Shown here one piece after another: positions 15,085 through 30,700 of a stretch of 64,000 bases of DNA; the first letter of the stretch is position 1; each line of letters opens with the position of its first letter. This stretch comes from Camelus ferus (Eukaryota). The notes under the pieces are model-generated. The model was not told the origin of the DNA and did not search any database. It worked only from the letters and a program-made list of their open reading frames with translations. The stretch spans positions 26,972,001 through 27,036,000 of the forward strand of contig NC_045696.1 of NCBI RefSeq assembly GCF_009834535.1, given 5' to 3'. The position numbers and the translations under genes were made by a program.

Positions 15085-15292
15085 CTAACAGTCAAAGAGT
15101 GCTCATGACATCATTCATTTACTTAATTTTAGTATGAAATGGGCATCTCTACCTTCTCCGTTTCAGATATGAGAAAGCGAAGGCACAGAGAGGTTAAGAG
15201 ATTTGTTCAAGGTCACAAAGCTAGACCTGGTAGAGCTGGGATTTGAACCCAAAATCATGGCCCCAGAGTCTGTGCTTTAATCACTGTGCTGC
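15085..15292 (-). repeat. MIR SINE
   Basis: AGGCACAGAGAGGTTAAGAGATTTGTTCAAGGTCACA...AGAGCTGGGATTTGAACCC. Confidence 0.75.
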
Positions 15293-18200
15293 AGACTCTT
15301 AAGATATGTGCTTGAATAATAAACTGATAAATAAAATTTCATTACTAGTGAAGTTTTGAGTATATAACACACCTTATTAAAAAAAACATATCTGACTCTC
15401 TTTCACTCATAACCTTAGCCAAAGAACCTATTAATTAATTAGAACCTGAAAAGAGATGAGAGTTTACTCAGAAAATTTCCCTAAACTCCCTGGTCAAGAA
15501 ACTTTTTAGTTGGTGTGTGTTTGTGTGTGTGTGTCCTGCTGGGAAAACAAAGCATCAACTTGATTATTTAGAGTTATTACTTCCCACCATAAGAGTCCAA
15601 GGACTTGAATTTCAAAACTGGGCAAATTATCTTCTAGGTCTCAGTCAGCATTCAACTTGTAGTCAGGGTGGAAACAGAGTTTGCCTGAAGTCACTAGGTT
15701 TTTCTTTAGTTGATATTATCTATCTTCACAATACAACTACAATCAGCATCCAAAGACTTGGTGATGAGTTTTTCTCTTTGCCTGGAGTTCACAGTTTAGT
15801 AATAGCAGGTGTATGAAATATGTGCTAACTATATACAAGTTTAAAATCAAAAACACATTGTTATAAGTGTTTGCAAAAATATGATGGCCACTGCTTTCTC
15901 TCCTAACTAGACACAGTTTTAAAACATAGTCAGGTTTCTGATCAACAACTAAACTTTAAGGGGAGTCTAAGCTTTTAGGTGAATCTCGTTTCTGAAAGTT
16001 ACTTATCTTTTGTTGCTCTGCCTGATTCCTCTGAAGCTCAAGTCTGTGTGTTGTACTTTTCTAGGCTTCAACTCTGATCTGCTCTGCTGCCCGGAACAAG
16101 ATGAAAAATCAAACTGCAAAATCTTTGAGAGTAAGGGCTACCTGGAGTTTTATTTACACAATTTATGGCTCTAACCCAAAGGAAGGCCTTAACGATTGGA
16201 GTAATAAATAACATTCATTTTGAAAAAAAAAAAATAGAATATGCCAGTTCCTTCCACTTCGTAAGTCTTAGGCCAAATATTATCTCAATAACAAGAGTTT
16301 CTACTGTTGATGTTTTATTATTTTTAGTGTTCAGTCTATAGAAGCCCTGATACATTAAAAAAGTTAAAATGATGGTTTAATATTTAATATGGGATTATTT
16401 ATTTTATACAAAGTGCCCACTTCCCATGTCTTTAGATAAAGGGTAGATGATACATTTATTTTCAATATAAATAAATCATATGAATTCAATTTGTACTACA
16501 TTTTACCAGTAACAATATGACTACATTTTAAGCTACATACAAGGCAGAAAAGCAAATACTTGCCAAGTTACTCTTCATAGCCAAACCAGTTCTTTAATGC
16601 AATACTTAATAAAAAGGTGGAATAGCATTTGGTTCAGTGCATGACATTTCATAGGACCTAAACATATATCTTTGAATTTAATTGAACTGGCAGAAAGCAC
16701 CAAATATAGAGAGGGTTTTTTGAATGATGGTTTGTTTCTTGTCACTAAAGGAAGGAACACTTAATCTAAGAGTAAACTTCTTCTAAAGCATTCTTCTTTC
16801 AGTTTACACAAAGAGCATCTCTTAGCAGTAGTCTAAACACACACAGCACACTTTAAAAGTGAGGAAAGAGTAAAAATTGAATCTGCTAAAAATATCTTAA
16901 ATATCTTTAAGTTGTTTCTTTTCTTTTTCTTAAGCACAGCAGTCAGTTAAAGTAAGTTAGTACAGGGTATAATTCACTCCTGAGCTTATCCCAGGTTTAA
17001 TAAATAGGGTACTACTGAGATGAAAGGTTTCAGAAATCCAAATTGCTCTCTTGAAACAAAGCCACATTCATTGTTCTGACTCCAGTAAAAGATGTCATAA
17101 AGGTGATGGGTGTGGATTCAGAAATCTCATCTTCAGCAATAAAAGCTCAGGCCAGAAACCCATAAGCTTCTAGCTACCACCTGAGCGCAAAGAATTACGG
17201 TCCCAGGAACCTCCCATAAGGAATTTTTAAACTTTTATATTTTTTTATGCTACTTGTGATTTTCCGTTTTCTCACAGTAATTAGTAGAAAACTCTTAATA
17301 AGTATAAATGTTAACATTTTTGAGCATTTACTCAACATGCATGAGTAACATTTACTACGTGTCAGGCATGTAAAAGACATATTATTGTCAGTTCTCATAA
17401 AAACCTTATGAGAACATTTAATGTACTACAGGCTAATTTTCGAAGAGGAGAGATTGGGGGGGAATCGCCAACTCCTATCTAATGTTGGGTATTGTTCCTT
17501 GGGTCACTTCTGACTCCATGATCCTACACAGCCCCTCTTTGGCTTTGTTAATATACTCCTGACCCCCACACATTGGTTCCTGGCCAGAGGTAAACACACA
17601 GCTGTCTTGTCTGGAAATGCAGCATCTCATAGTGGTACTAATATCATGTCATGTCCTACAAAGTGACTAAATTCTTTGTAACAGGACCTGAGGGCTCTGT
17701 GACTAAGAGGACCCAGAGAAAAAGGAAAAGAGAGAGAGAGAGAATGTACCTTTCCATGTTGTATTAAAACTGGCATCAGATGGGCTCTACCTAACCCAAC
17801 CTAATCCCAAAGCTAGATCACCAGCTCCCTCTCATCTTTGGCGTCCATGCAAGTCCTTTCCTACTTTGCCTGGCACACCCACACCAACTTTCTTCTGGCT
17901 TTCTCCTGGCTCTGAGCTCAGCCAATGTTGCTCCCCCTCATCCCTGGCCCTATCCCCAGGCACCTGCCTTGCCAAAAGAGAAGCAGCGTGCTGCATGAGT
18001 AAGAAAACCGAGAGAAATAAAGAAAGTTGCCAGTAGCCCTCTCTAAAGGGCAGAGCAGCATTAGGGAAGGCCAAAGAACACAGAGTTGAAGAGTGGCCAC
18101 CTGTCAAATTAGACGCCACTCCTGCGGCTCTGGCCATAGCCCCAGCCCCAACCTTGGCCCCCACCAGGCCAGCCAGTGTGACTGCCCTTGCTTCTACTAA

Positions 18201-21200
18201 GCCCTCTACAAGGACCACCAGTCCCAAAGAGGACACAAAGCTGCTAGCTTAGAGGAGAGCAGCCAAGAAGAAGGAAAGAGAGAGGAGGAGGAGGAAAGAA
18301 CTCACAAGGCAAAAGAGAAAGGAATTGGCTCAGAGCCAGCTGAAGAGTAGTCGCAGTGAGGAAGAATCCTGGCAGTGAGAAGCTGAGGAAGCCAAGAGGA
18401 GGGAGAGCTACTGCAAAGGCAAGCAGAGAAGAAGATGAAGCAGCAGGGAGGAGATGGAAGGCACTCAGAAATAGAGGGAAGAGGTTTGTCTTCCCCAGGA
18501 AGAGACGATCCTACAGGAATGGAAGAATCATTTCTAGAGAGAAGAACAGGAAGGTATGAACACAAACAAACAACTTGAGCAGATTATGAAAAGAACTCCG
18601 AGAAGGAAAGCTACAGGTAAGGAAGCTGTGCATCTACGGAATGGACATACAACCCAGGGAGCCAGCCCTGGGGGAGCAACAGCCTCTCCACTTCCATGTG
18701 AGACACACTCCAGGAAATGGAGGACCAGCAGCCACCCTAGGCTCACTGTGTTTCAGGTACTTCCAGGCTATGATCATAAGTAAATGCATCCAAAGCCTTT
18801 CATGAGTTTTGTCTGATGGACAAGCAGTATCTTTGAGATATTGTTAAATTGAAGATCAAGCCAAATCAGCAGGAAGTTATCCAATAGGAATCTCACAAAG
18901 AGCAGTTTCAGCAGGATTAAGAGACAGAAACAAAACAGGAGCCAGATGGGATTCATTTAATGGTAAGGAAATCTGTGATAGAAGATTATTACTTTGAAAA
19001 TTTTCAGTGAGAGAGGAGGAGGTAGATAGTGAACTGAGGGTGTAAACTCAAAAGACAGTTTTGTTCCTTTAGTTTGTCTTGGTTTTCAGAATAGTAGAGG
19101 TTTAGCATATTTATATAGGTCAAAGGCAAGAGGATAGCAGAGAAGGAAAGACTGAGGCTACTAGAGAAGCAAAAGATGACAGATCGAGGGAGATTCTGCA
19201 AAAATCGAGAGCACGTGGAATTAAGAAGACGGGTGCATAGAGTGATTTTTTTTGAATAGAAAGAAAAGGAACTCATTCTGTGAATGATTCTATGAATCAT
19301 TCTATGATTCTGGAGAAAAAGTTCTGTTAGACAATATGAGGTGGGTGATGGGCATGAATTTAATTGAGGGCATGCTTATGTCTCAGCTTTCTCTATGGGA
19401 CTGAAGGCAAGGTCATCAGCTAAAGGAGAGGTAGTTTGGAGTCAGGCAATGTTGGGAATAATTGCTGAGAGATGGCAAAATACAATTAAAACAATGACAA
19501 ACAGTATGGAAGTTTTAATAAATATTATTGGATAAAATAATTTCATAGTTCATGTGTATATGTTACCCTATGTTATTAGATACTAAGTAATATATTTGGG
19601 AATATGTGCTAAGACATTGACTTGGATTTAATACAAACACATAGACTACTAGGTAACCTTTGTGACTCAAAATAAATGTCTGTGGGCTCTATACCAAAAA
19701 TGCCTTTCTTACTACCCAAAATTCCTCCATTAACAATTCACTCATTTGACTATGAAAAACTTTTCAATTCTAAGAATTTCCCCCTGAAATTCCCCTAAAA
19801 CCTTGAGCATTATTACCTGAGTCTTGGAGTAATGGAAAGTATTATCTACAATGGAGAGTCCCTGTGAAGAGAAAGTGGAGGGGCTTTGAAAGAGGATTTG
19901 GAGGGATAGACCCTAAGGACGTACAAATAGTACTGTATTTTGATGGGGGCTACATTGGTTTTTGAATCTTTTACTTCTGTGAAAATGTAACTACCTCAAG
20001 AATCTCTTAAGAAACAGTTAACACACAGATATTTTTTTTAAGGTCAGAATTATTTTTCCCAGAGTTTATCCTATGATCTGCTAAGTGTCATCGTGTGTGT
20101 GTGTATGTGTGTGTATGTTTTCTCCTCACCAAAGCTACAATACAGGAAGCATTGATTTTGTTGTCTGAAAGAATACTGTGTCCTCAACAGAAATGATAAC
20201 TTGCCATTTATTATGAAATTTGACCTCTGTGTTACAGCAATGAATCTGCTGAAGATCAATGTGATATCTTGGGGAAAAAAAAAGAAAAACTCCATTTAAA
20301 ATCAAAGTTGATGAAGGTCACTCTGTCTTATAATTCTCTCCTATACTGTTTCCAGTTGCCAGTGGAGAAATTAAGAGATGAAAGACTAACATTTTTATTT
20401 TTTCTCTGAGAAACAACAACCCGGGACCAGACCTCTTAGTTTAGCAGAACAAAATAGTGATTCTACAGCTCTACATGGCCAGAGAGCTAAAACGCTTTGC
20501 ACAGTTGGGGGTGGATCCCAGAGAAGAGGTTTGGGAGACTTAAGGATGAGGCCAAGTACTTGGGCAGAATCAAAGCAAGGATGATCACATTTGCATTCAC
20601 GCAGAGCAAGAAAGTGAGACAGCCTGAAGGGCGAGACGGAAGTAACGTGGAGTGAACTAGAAGTTGAAACCTAGAGTCAGAGGAGGACTTGTGACTATAG
20701 ACCTCTAGAAATCACATATGTTTGGGGATGGCCTTCCCACAGTACTGGCGTAGTGAGCTCAGCCCATTTATTCAAGTGTCACAGGACAAGATGTCTTCAA
20801 GTGATATCTAGGTTACTGCTCTAAGTTACAAGCTTCATGAAGATTTAAATCACTCTAGAACATTTTAACTTAGTTGGGATATCAGCACCTTATTGAAATT
20901 ATATTTTATGTATTTTATACTACTTTCTGATAGCTCCCCCCTTTTTTTTTTGTAGTCACTAGATTATACATCAAAAATGCAAATGAGTATTTACGTGGCT
21001 CATCTTCACTTAACGTAGGTAACTCCTCAACTCAGCCTAAGCTCACGTGTTCTGTACCTTGGGTCTCATTGAAATGACTAGTGAATAAACTGAAGAATTT
21101 CCTGGAATATGGTTAGTATAAACACAAGTATCTAAATACTATGTCCAATAAAGCCTTCAATAAATGTTTCCCACTAACGAACAGCAGTATTCCTCATGAG

Positions 21201-24200
21201 AAACATGTGAAATAAATGAATCCCAAACTAGTTCACATTACACTATAATCTTTCAATGTTAATTACATTGTTCAGCAGGTATTTTAAAAGTGAATATTAA
21301 ATGTGAATTTCAACAGATTTGATATTGGCATTTGTACTTCCTAGAGAAAGGAAGAGAGTAACAATTTTTCAAACAAAACATATACAAAACCATAAATGAA
21401 AACATTTATTAAAAAGTAGTTAATGGCGAAGAAAGGGAGATTTAAAAATTACCTAATCAACATTATAAACTGACAAAATATGACAAATGAGTTTCTTACT
21501 ACTCTAGACTCACTCCCATATTATGCTTTTTTTAAACCTGATAAAATGCACAAATGTTATCCTTAGTGCTAAATTCAAGAACCTTAGTCAAGTCTGAAAA
21601 CATACACTTGGTGGTTGTGAGGTTAAAAAAATTTATTAATTTTTAAAACAAAATAATAATTTGCCGTGTTTTCTTAATCTGATTTCTCCTAGGATTCATC
21701 TGCATATCACCTCACAGATGAATTGGGAAAAATCAGTCTCCTATTTTATGAAATTGGAAGTTTAAAATGACAATTTTAAACTGCTGCTCGGAATCTCTCA
21801 GTGAATAGTCCCTACTCCCCATGACTAAATTAAGCATTTGAGATAATGCATCAACTCTTTAAGGTCACAGTTTTGTTTAACATACTTAACATCAATGCAG
21901 CAAGTGGTACCTTGGGGGTTCCCTGTTTTCTGTAGCACATGCATTTGTATCAGTGTATATGCAAAGGGTCAAAGTAAAACTATCACATAAATATTTATTT
22001 AGGAGAACTTAATTTATTTTTGAAGGCACTAAAAATGAAGTCTTATGCTGATAAAGGAGGAAAAAAGCATTAAGTCAACTGAGTCAATATTTGAAGAGGG
22101 AGGGTGAATACCAACTGCCAATTTGCTAATCAGCTCTCATCAATGTCCAAGATGACTGTCGTTCATTGAGAATGCATTTCGGTCTTTGTTTATTAAATTT
22201 CAGATGGTTTACTAAAACTGCCAACAAGAGGACTAATTGATGCCAATTATAGGGTCTTTCTCAGAGGAATTGGAATGAGTCCACATGTTCATTTCACACA
22301 CATGACTCATCTGCCCTCAATTTAATAATGATGATTAGCCACCTTGATATCATTATAGATAAAAACACAATCCCTGATTTGCCTTGTGTAATAGCTGATC
22401 TGACATTAAATCAAGATATCTTATTCCTGGTACTGATAGAACCGATTTCCCAGAATTTGGATTTGATTTTCAGTTTTCCCAATATTACTATCTCTGCAGG
22501 AATGTAAAATTCAATTTTATAAGAAACAAGAATCTAGTTTTAAAATATTATTGAAATGCTACCCTTGAAAAAATCTTTCTATAGAAAATGCAACAATAAC
22601 ACAAGCTGTGCTACTGTAGTGCACATTCTGAACAGACAACACAAGAACAATGTTAGCCTAATTCTGAATGACAGCTGCTATTTATGCTGCTGTTTTTTTT
22701 TAATGTAAATAAATGATCATATCCCCAGAAGTTACCATCTTCCTTCCTCAAGCCCTATTGAAATATTCACTCCTATTTATTAATGCCCTGCTTCCCCAAA
22801 CCTTCCTGAAATATTCACCCCTATTTAAAGGCTATTATACATCTCTATGTCATCACAATGTTTTTATTCTTATGGGTAAAGAATGTAATTCTTAGACTGC
22901 AAAAAGAAAGTGTCTCCCTCATACATTCTTAATACAAAAAAATGGTATGATTATGCCTTAAAATGAAGTAAGAGAACAGAGGATAAAATCTATCATTTAT
23001 TGTATTCTACTATATGCCAGGCATAACACCAAGTATTTATATGCATTGGCTAATTTAATCCTCAGAGCAAGTTTATGTTTTAGATATGGTGATCCCTCCT
23101 AAAAGATGAGAAAATGGAAACTAATTCTCCAGTGGCACCACTACGCAAGGTAGAATACAGCATAGAAATGAAAGGAGGCCTGGAAGGATGACATGTAGCA
23201 ACTTCAGAATTTAAATGGCGGATGACGTCGCTTTGAGTGTAAAGGTTTTTATATGAGTTCAAGTAATTACATACATGCTTAAGCAAATGTAATAAGACAA
23301 TTGGGCCTCTTTTTTTTACTTTAAAATATCTGAAGAAACTTTATTTATTTTGGTTCTACATACAGTATATGATTTTGGTACAAAAGGTTGGTGGAGTTTC
23401 TCAGCTAAGTAAAATTATATTTTTAAAATCCATTATCCCACTATCACCCAAATGCCTTCTTAGAGGACATGTACACAATCAAAGTCTTGTAAAAATAGGA
23501 GCCAGAGTCTAAATTTCTAAACACTCAGAAAAGGAGAAGATCCTGGTGATCAAAAGTGGTCCATGTTACCTGAACAGCAAGGAGACCACCAAAAGTCACA
23601 GTCAAAACTGATGCCTGCAGGTGACAACCATCACTCCTCCTATGTTAAGGTTATTTAAACCTTCTCTTTTTCATGGGATTTAGAATAAATCTGGAACACT
23701 GAAATGCCTTGTCTCATTTCGTACTAATGTTTATACTTTATTCCATAGAATGAACTCTTCCTGATAATAACATTGTGTGAATACTCTTGTGACACAAACC
23801 GTCACAGTACCTAAAACTTCAGTATTAGTAGATCTTAATCTACCATTTTAAAGGGTGCATGAATGGGTTAAAGGCTAATGTTTATTTTAAAAAAATATTT
23901 ACTTCAAATAATCATTGAATACTAATATAAGCTTCCTGATAGTTATTACCCTTTTACATGTTTCTAAAATAGATTTTAAAAAAATTTAATTGAGAGTGTT
24001 GAGAATGCCCTTGCAGACTTCAATGGGTTTGTTAGTAAGGGATTCGGGGAAATTTCAGTTTATCTTTCTACGTGCCTCACCTTTCTTAAAGTAGCTCAGA
24101 AATATCTTAATAATAAAACAAATATACCCATAGTATCCAACTGGTTTCTTAAAGAAAAGTAACAAATAAGAAAAAAAAAAAAAAAAAAAAGCAAAAGTAC

Positions 24201-26519
24201 CTAAGAAGGATAACTGCTCACCCTAACTAGTTCCCAGATGCTGCAAAATCAAATTGAGTTAAAATGGATGAACAATACTTTTGAAAACTTAAGTCAGCCA
24301 TTGCTTTATTTAGGAATTTACCTGCTGGATCAATTTTACAAGTTCAGATTTGTCACAACAACAGCAACAAAATCAAAACAACAAAATACTCAGAAGTACA
24401 TGTCTTTGACTTTAATTCTAGTTTTGCTGATTTTATTCATAGAAATATTTTACCTACTCTGCTCTTTGCTTACTATTGGCTGGTTGTGGTACACTGTCAT
24501 GTTCATCTTTCTATTAATTTCCAGCTTAAATAGAAGAAATTCCTTTGTCCTGAGAACCCTGGCATAAGTGACTGAAAAGAGTACAGAAATACAAAAGGAT
24601 TTTAAGGTACTAATGAAATTTGATAAGCTTTTCTAGGAATTTCAGGAGAGTTTTTCATTAATTAATACCAAATATGGAAACATTTGCAAAAGGATTTCAA
24701 GAGCTATATTAAGCCATGAAAATCTTTGATGTTTCCGTAGAAAAGGAAAATAATGTTATGATATATAGAGAGAGGTTTTTGTTGCTTTTTAGTGCCATCA
24801 CACAACCTTGGGCAAATGAATCAAGTGAATAAGTGAATGACTATACAAAGAATTGAATGAAGGTTAAACTTAGCATAGGAAAAGAGAGTTTAAAGGCTTT
24901 TTAATATATCAAATATCGTAGCAAAGCTGAATAAAATGATTTTCTCCTAAGCTTATTTTTTCCAAAGACAATATGTATCAGACATTGTACATTGTATTCT
25001 GAAAGTTTTTTTTTTTTTTAATGTTACAAAATGTCTGTAGAGAATGAAATCCTAACACGTTGGAGATCTCATTTTTAACTATGTAATTTATACACTGGGA
25101 ATCTGACATAAAGAAAAAGATTCAGTGTTGCAGTAGAACATCATTTTGAATGTCAAAAAATCCTCAGAAGACTTGGTAACAAGAGCTACTCAGTACAAAA
25201 TATTCCATGTACTCTGATATACTGAGAACTGTTCACTAATGAGAAGCAGAAAATAGTAAGAAATGAATGTAGGCACTTAGAACATTTGCTGGAATTGCCA
25301 GAGGGATAAAGGGTAACTCTGATCCACATGTAATAGGAAAGAATAACAAGATGTTTGTCTAAAAGAGACTTCTTTCAGAATTAACTTAAAATACCTACCT
25401 ATTCTGCATCTAGGTGTTTCAACAGAATGTTTCACTTTTAAACAACCTCAGCATGAGCTCAACATTTATTCCAATAAATATCTAAGTCCTCAAATAATCA
25501 CTTAGCTGGCTAAATCAATAGACAGCATTATTAGTTTAAACAAGGGAAGGAAATGTAATGATTATATGATATGCTCTACAAATTTACAAGCTATTAGTAA
25601 TTTAAATATCATAAATAAGGATGAATTAACTGATTATTAAACACATTTATTACAAAATGGGCAGACTAGTTCTAGGAAATACTTCCATCATCAATACTCA
25701 GCATATGTCAATCTTCTAATTTATAAATATATTTTAATGCATTTATCTAATGTACAATTTAATTTATAAATGCATATATTTATAAGTAGTATAAATACAT
25801 TTTTCTTTTAAAGATTTCTGTGAAACTTCATATATCTTTCCCACAAAAATTCATTAAATACATTTTACGTACTTAATATAATTGGTAATGCTTTACTGTA
25901 GAAGTGACTATGATACTGTTTTTCTTATAATTTAGAGAAGACAGTTCAAACCCAAAGGATAATATTTTTTATTGGATGAAAATAAAGCTTATATATAGGA
26001 ATAATGAAACTTAGAACAAAAGCTCAGTAGTTAAGAGACAGTAAAAGATGAGCAATAAGAAATTCTTACCTGATCAATTTTGCTAGCCTCTTTGCATCAT
26101 TATGATAATGTATGAAACATATTTAGTGCATTTGATATCGATGCCTATACACATACACAATGGCAATTACAACTGAGTATCTACTAAAGATACAGAGGCA
26201 CTAGGCTAAGCACTGTAAATGCACTTTTCCTCACAACTTAACACGTCTACAGTTAAGCCCATTTTAGATAAATGGAACCAAGTTGCAGAAATGATAAAAC
26301 AACATAATGGTAGTTAATTAGAAGCACTGAAGCAGGGATTTTAACCAGTGCTGTCTGAAACCAAATTTCCTGTTCTTTTCAAACCATACTATTTCTCATA
26401 ACGACTTACTCCACAAATATTTATGGTTTGTCTAGTATGAGTCAGGCATCATGTTAGATGCCAGGTACTAGGCTAGATGCTAAGAGCTACGCAGGCGGAA
26501 TGTATGCAAAAAGATATGC

Positions 26520-26710
26520 ACTTTGCCACTGTAAGAGCAAGGGCTGATTATGTAACTTCTTAGGGCAGTGGTTCCTCCTCTATAAAATGGAAATGACAAT
26601 GGGATCTCCTTTAAAGTGTTGTTATGAAGATTAATTGCTATGAGTGTTAGGTACTTAGCATTAGTGCCAAAACATGGTATATGCACACACAGTAGTATGT
26701 GTTATTACTA
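26520..26710 (+). repeat. MIR SINE
   Basis: TTCCTCCTCTATAAAATGG...GTTGTTATGAAGATTAA...CTTAGCATTAGTGCC; approximate. Confidence 0.55.
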
Positions 26711-27789
26711 GCAACTCAGAGAGTTGTTCTGAAGGTTAAATGAGCTGGCATTATCAAATTCTTGACACATCAAAAATGTTAATTTTAATCTTTCCCACTC
26801 TACTACAGAAATATATAATATATACTTATTGGATCAAATAATTCTCATTTTCAACAACAATGAAATCACAGATGATTAACAAGAAATTATAGGCATAGCT
26901 TACTGAAAACAATTGTTATTGACTAAACTGCTTATGAATCCAGTCTGTGTTTTGGAGATAATATGAAAATAAGTTAACAGGAGATTATTTTCTAGAAGTG
27001 GGCTTTCTGCTCATAAAAAAGGCCCCATGTTTTTTGTTTGTTTGTTTTTTGGTTTTTTGCCTCATATGTCAAGACCACAGAGATCGAGATTACCTCATTT
27101 GGATTCAATCAACAATATTTATTGAACGGACATTCTCTTTTCAAGATACCAGAGTGTGAATGTGTGTGTGTGACTTTCCAAATTAGGCGAATTCAAGAAT
27201 ACACATATGAAGAGGGATAAGAAAGAATAGGACAGGTAAACAAAAAAGTTTGGTTTGGGGAAAATCTTTTTTTATCTTGACTTTAAAATTAATAGAGCTG
27301 TTTGGCTCTAGCTGTTTGTGGCCCTGGAGTAATGGGATTGTCTTTGGCAAAAATGTTAAAAGAACTGGGTCTGAATCTGCCCTTGCCACTAAATAAGTGG
27401 GGGGAAAGCTCTTCATTTCTTTGGGACCCTTTCTGTGAATAATAATAATGTCTAACATTTACTGAGCACTTACCTCTTTATAGTCATTAAATCATTTAAT
27501 CTTTCAAGTAATGAGATGAGTATTACTATTGTTCCATATTACAGATTAGGGACCATTGGCACTGGGAATTTTCTTTTTCAATTTCCTGAGTCCAAAGCTA
27601 CTTTGTCCTGGAGTCTGGATTAAAATCCAGACAGTTTAGTACCAGGGTTGCACTCTCAACCAATACACTGTGTATAAATGAAAGAATGTTGCAGACTCAA
27701 GTACCCCTGTTCAGCACTAATGTTCTTTGAGTTTATGTGGGTATGAAAAATGACTTATTGTGAAACTGACTATCTAAAAACATGAAAAT

Positions 27790-30700
27790 CAAACGGGAAA
27801 AAATGATCAAATGGACACTACACAACATGCTACTAAAAAACCAATGGGTCAATGATGACACCAAAGAGGAAATCAGAAAATATCTCAAGACAAATGACGA
27901 TGAAAACACAACCTTACAAAATGTATGGGATGGAGCAAAAGCAGTTCTAAGAGGGAAGTTTGTAGCAATACAGGCCTTCCTCAAGAAATAAGAAAAATCT
28001 CAAACAACCTAATCTACCACCTATAAGAAGAAGAACAAACAAAATCTAAAATTAGCAGAAGGAAGGGAATAGTAAAAATGAAAATAAATGAAATAGAGGT
28101 CAAAATATAATAGAAAAGATCAATAAAACCAAGAGCTGGGTTTTTTGAAAAGATAAACAACATCAACAATCGTCTAGCCAGGCTCACCAAGAACAAAAGA
28201 GAGAGAACACAAATAAACAAAATAAGATATCGAAGAGGATAAATAACAAGCAATACTGCAGAAATACAAAAAAATCATAAGAGAATACTATGAACAGTTC
28301 ATACACCAATAAATTGGACAACCTAGAAGAAGAAAAGGACAGATTTCTAGAAACATATATCCTACCAAAATTGAGTCACAAAGAAACAGGTAATTTGAAC
28401 AGACTGATCACTAGAAGTGAAATAGAATCTGTAATACAAAATACTCCCTGCAAACAAAAGTCCAGGACTGGATGGCTTCACTAAGTAATTCTACCAGACA
28501 CACAAAGAACTTAACACCTATCCTTCCCAAAATATTCTAAAGGATTGAAGAGGAGGGAATACTCCCAAAGTCATCCTAGGAAGCCACTATCACCCTGATA
28601 CCAAAGCCAGACAAGAACACTGCAAAAAAGGAAAATTATAGACCAACATCTTCAATGAATATAGATGCAAAAGTCTTTAACAAAAATTTAACAAATTGAA
28701 TCCAACAATACATTAAAAGGATCACACACCATGATCAAGTTGGATTCATATCAAGGTCACACAGGTAGTTCAATATATGCAAATCAATCAACGTGATACA
28801 CCACATTAAAAAAAAAGGAAAGACAAAGACCACATGATTGTCTCAATAGATGCAGAAAAGACATTTGATAAAATTCAACATTTATTCATGATAAAAACTC
28901 TAACCAAAGTGGGTATAGAGGGAACATATCTCAATAAAGTCTATTTATGACAAACTCATAGCCAACATAATACTAAATGATGAAAAGCTTAAAGCCTTCC
29001 CTCTGCTTCAGGAACAAGACAAGTATGCCCATTCTCCTCTCTTCTACTCAACATAACATTGGAAGTCCTAGCCACAGTAATCAGACAAGAAAGAGAAATA
29101 AAAGGTATCCCAATAGAAGAGCTGAGGTAAAACTATCACTATATGCAGATGACATGACACTTTATATGGAGACCCCTAAAGACTCCACACAAAAACTATT
29201 AGAACTGACAAATGAAGTCAGCAAGGTAACAAGACTGATATATAGAAATTTGTTGCATTTCTTTATACTAACAATGAAATATCAGAAAGAGAAAGTAAAA
29301 AAAAAAAAAAAAAATCCTGTTTAAAATGAGTTAAAAAAATACCTAGGAATAAACTTAATCAGGGAGGTGAAAGACCTATATACAAAAAACTATAAAACAT
29401 TGATAAAGGATATTGAATATAATTTAAAGAAATGAAAAGATATCCCATGTTCTTGGACTGGAAGAATTAATATTGTTAAATGGCCATAACTACCAAAGCA
29501 ATCTACAGATTTAATAAGATCCTGATCAAAATACTCATGACATTTTTCACAGAACTAGAACTAATAATCCTAAAATTTATATGGAACCACAAAAGATCCA
29601 GAATTGCCAAAGTAATCTTGAGGGAAAGGAACGAAGCTGGAGGAATAACCCTCCCACACCTCAGACAATACTACAGAGCTACAGTACTCAAAACAGCATG
29701 GTATTGGCACAAAAACAGACATAAGTGTCAATGGAACAGAATAGAGAGCCCAGAAATGAACCCACACACCTATGGTCAATTAACAAAAGAAGCAAAAATA
29801 TACAATGGAGAAAAGACAGTCTCTTTGGCAAGTGGTGTTGGGAAAGCTGGACAGCTGCATGTAAATCAATGACGTTAGAACATTCCCTCACACCATTCAC
29901 AAAAATAAACTCAAAACGGCATAAAGACTTAAATATAAAATATGACACTATAAAAATTCTAGAAGAGAACATAGGCAAAACATCCTCTGACATAATCATG
30001 GCAATGTTTTCTTAGATCAGTTGCCCAAGGCAACAGAAACAAAAGCAAAAATAAACAAATGGGGATTAGTTAAACTTACAACCTATTTTACAGCAAAGGA
30101 AACCATAAACAAAATGAAAAGACAACCTAAAGACTGGAAGAAAATATTTATAAACAATGCAATTGACAAGAGTTTAATATCTTAAATATAAAAACAGCTC
30201 ATACAACTCAACATCAAAAAAAAAAAAAACAAAAAACAAACCAACAAATGGGCAGGAAATGTAAACAGATATGTCTCCAAAGAAGACATACAGATGGACA
30301 ACAGGCACATGAAAAGATGATCAATATTGCTAATTATTAGAGTTATGCAAATCAAAACCACAAAAGGTGTCACCCACCTTGATCAGAATAGCTGTCATCA
30401 AAATGTCTACTAATAAATACTAGAGAGAGTGTGGAGAAAAGGGAACCCTCCTACACTGTTGGTAGGAATGTAAATTGGTTTAGCCATTATGGAAAACAGT
30501 ATGAAGTTTCCTTTAAAATTAGAGCTACTATATGATCCAGCAATCCCATCCCAGGCATATATCCAGAAAAGACTAAAACTCTAATTCGAAAAGATGTATG
30601 TACCCTATGTTCATAGCTACACTACTTACAATAGCCAAGGCATGGAAACAACCCAAGTGCCCATTAACAAATGATTGGTTTAAGAAGATACGGTGTATAT

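Noticed and set aside
17832..18783. Cluster of overlapping ORFs in a GC- and purine-rich patch
   Set aside because: Low-complexity translations, no recognisable domain or exon structure; possibly an old LTR relic that I could not assign.
22735..22830. ~48-bp local duplication (also a 16-bp duplication at ~3683-3723)
   Set aside because: Ordinary small tandem duplications with no associated structure.
26060..26120. Isolated splice-site-like motifs (minus-strand donor near 26070; plus-strand acceptor near 48598)
   Set aside because: No paired splice site or recognisable coding sequence; cannot support a host exon.
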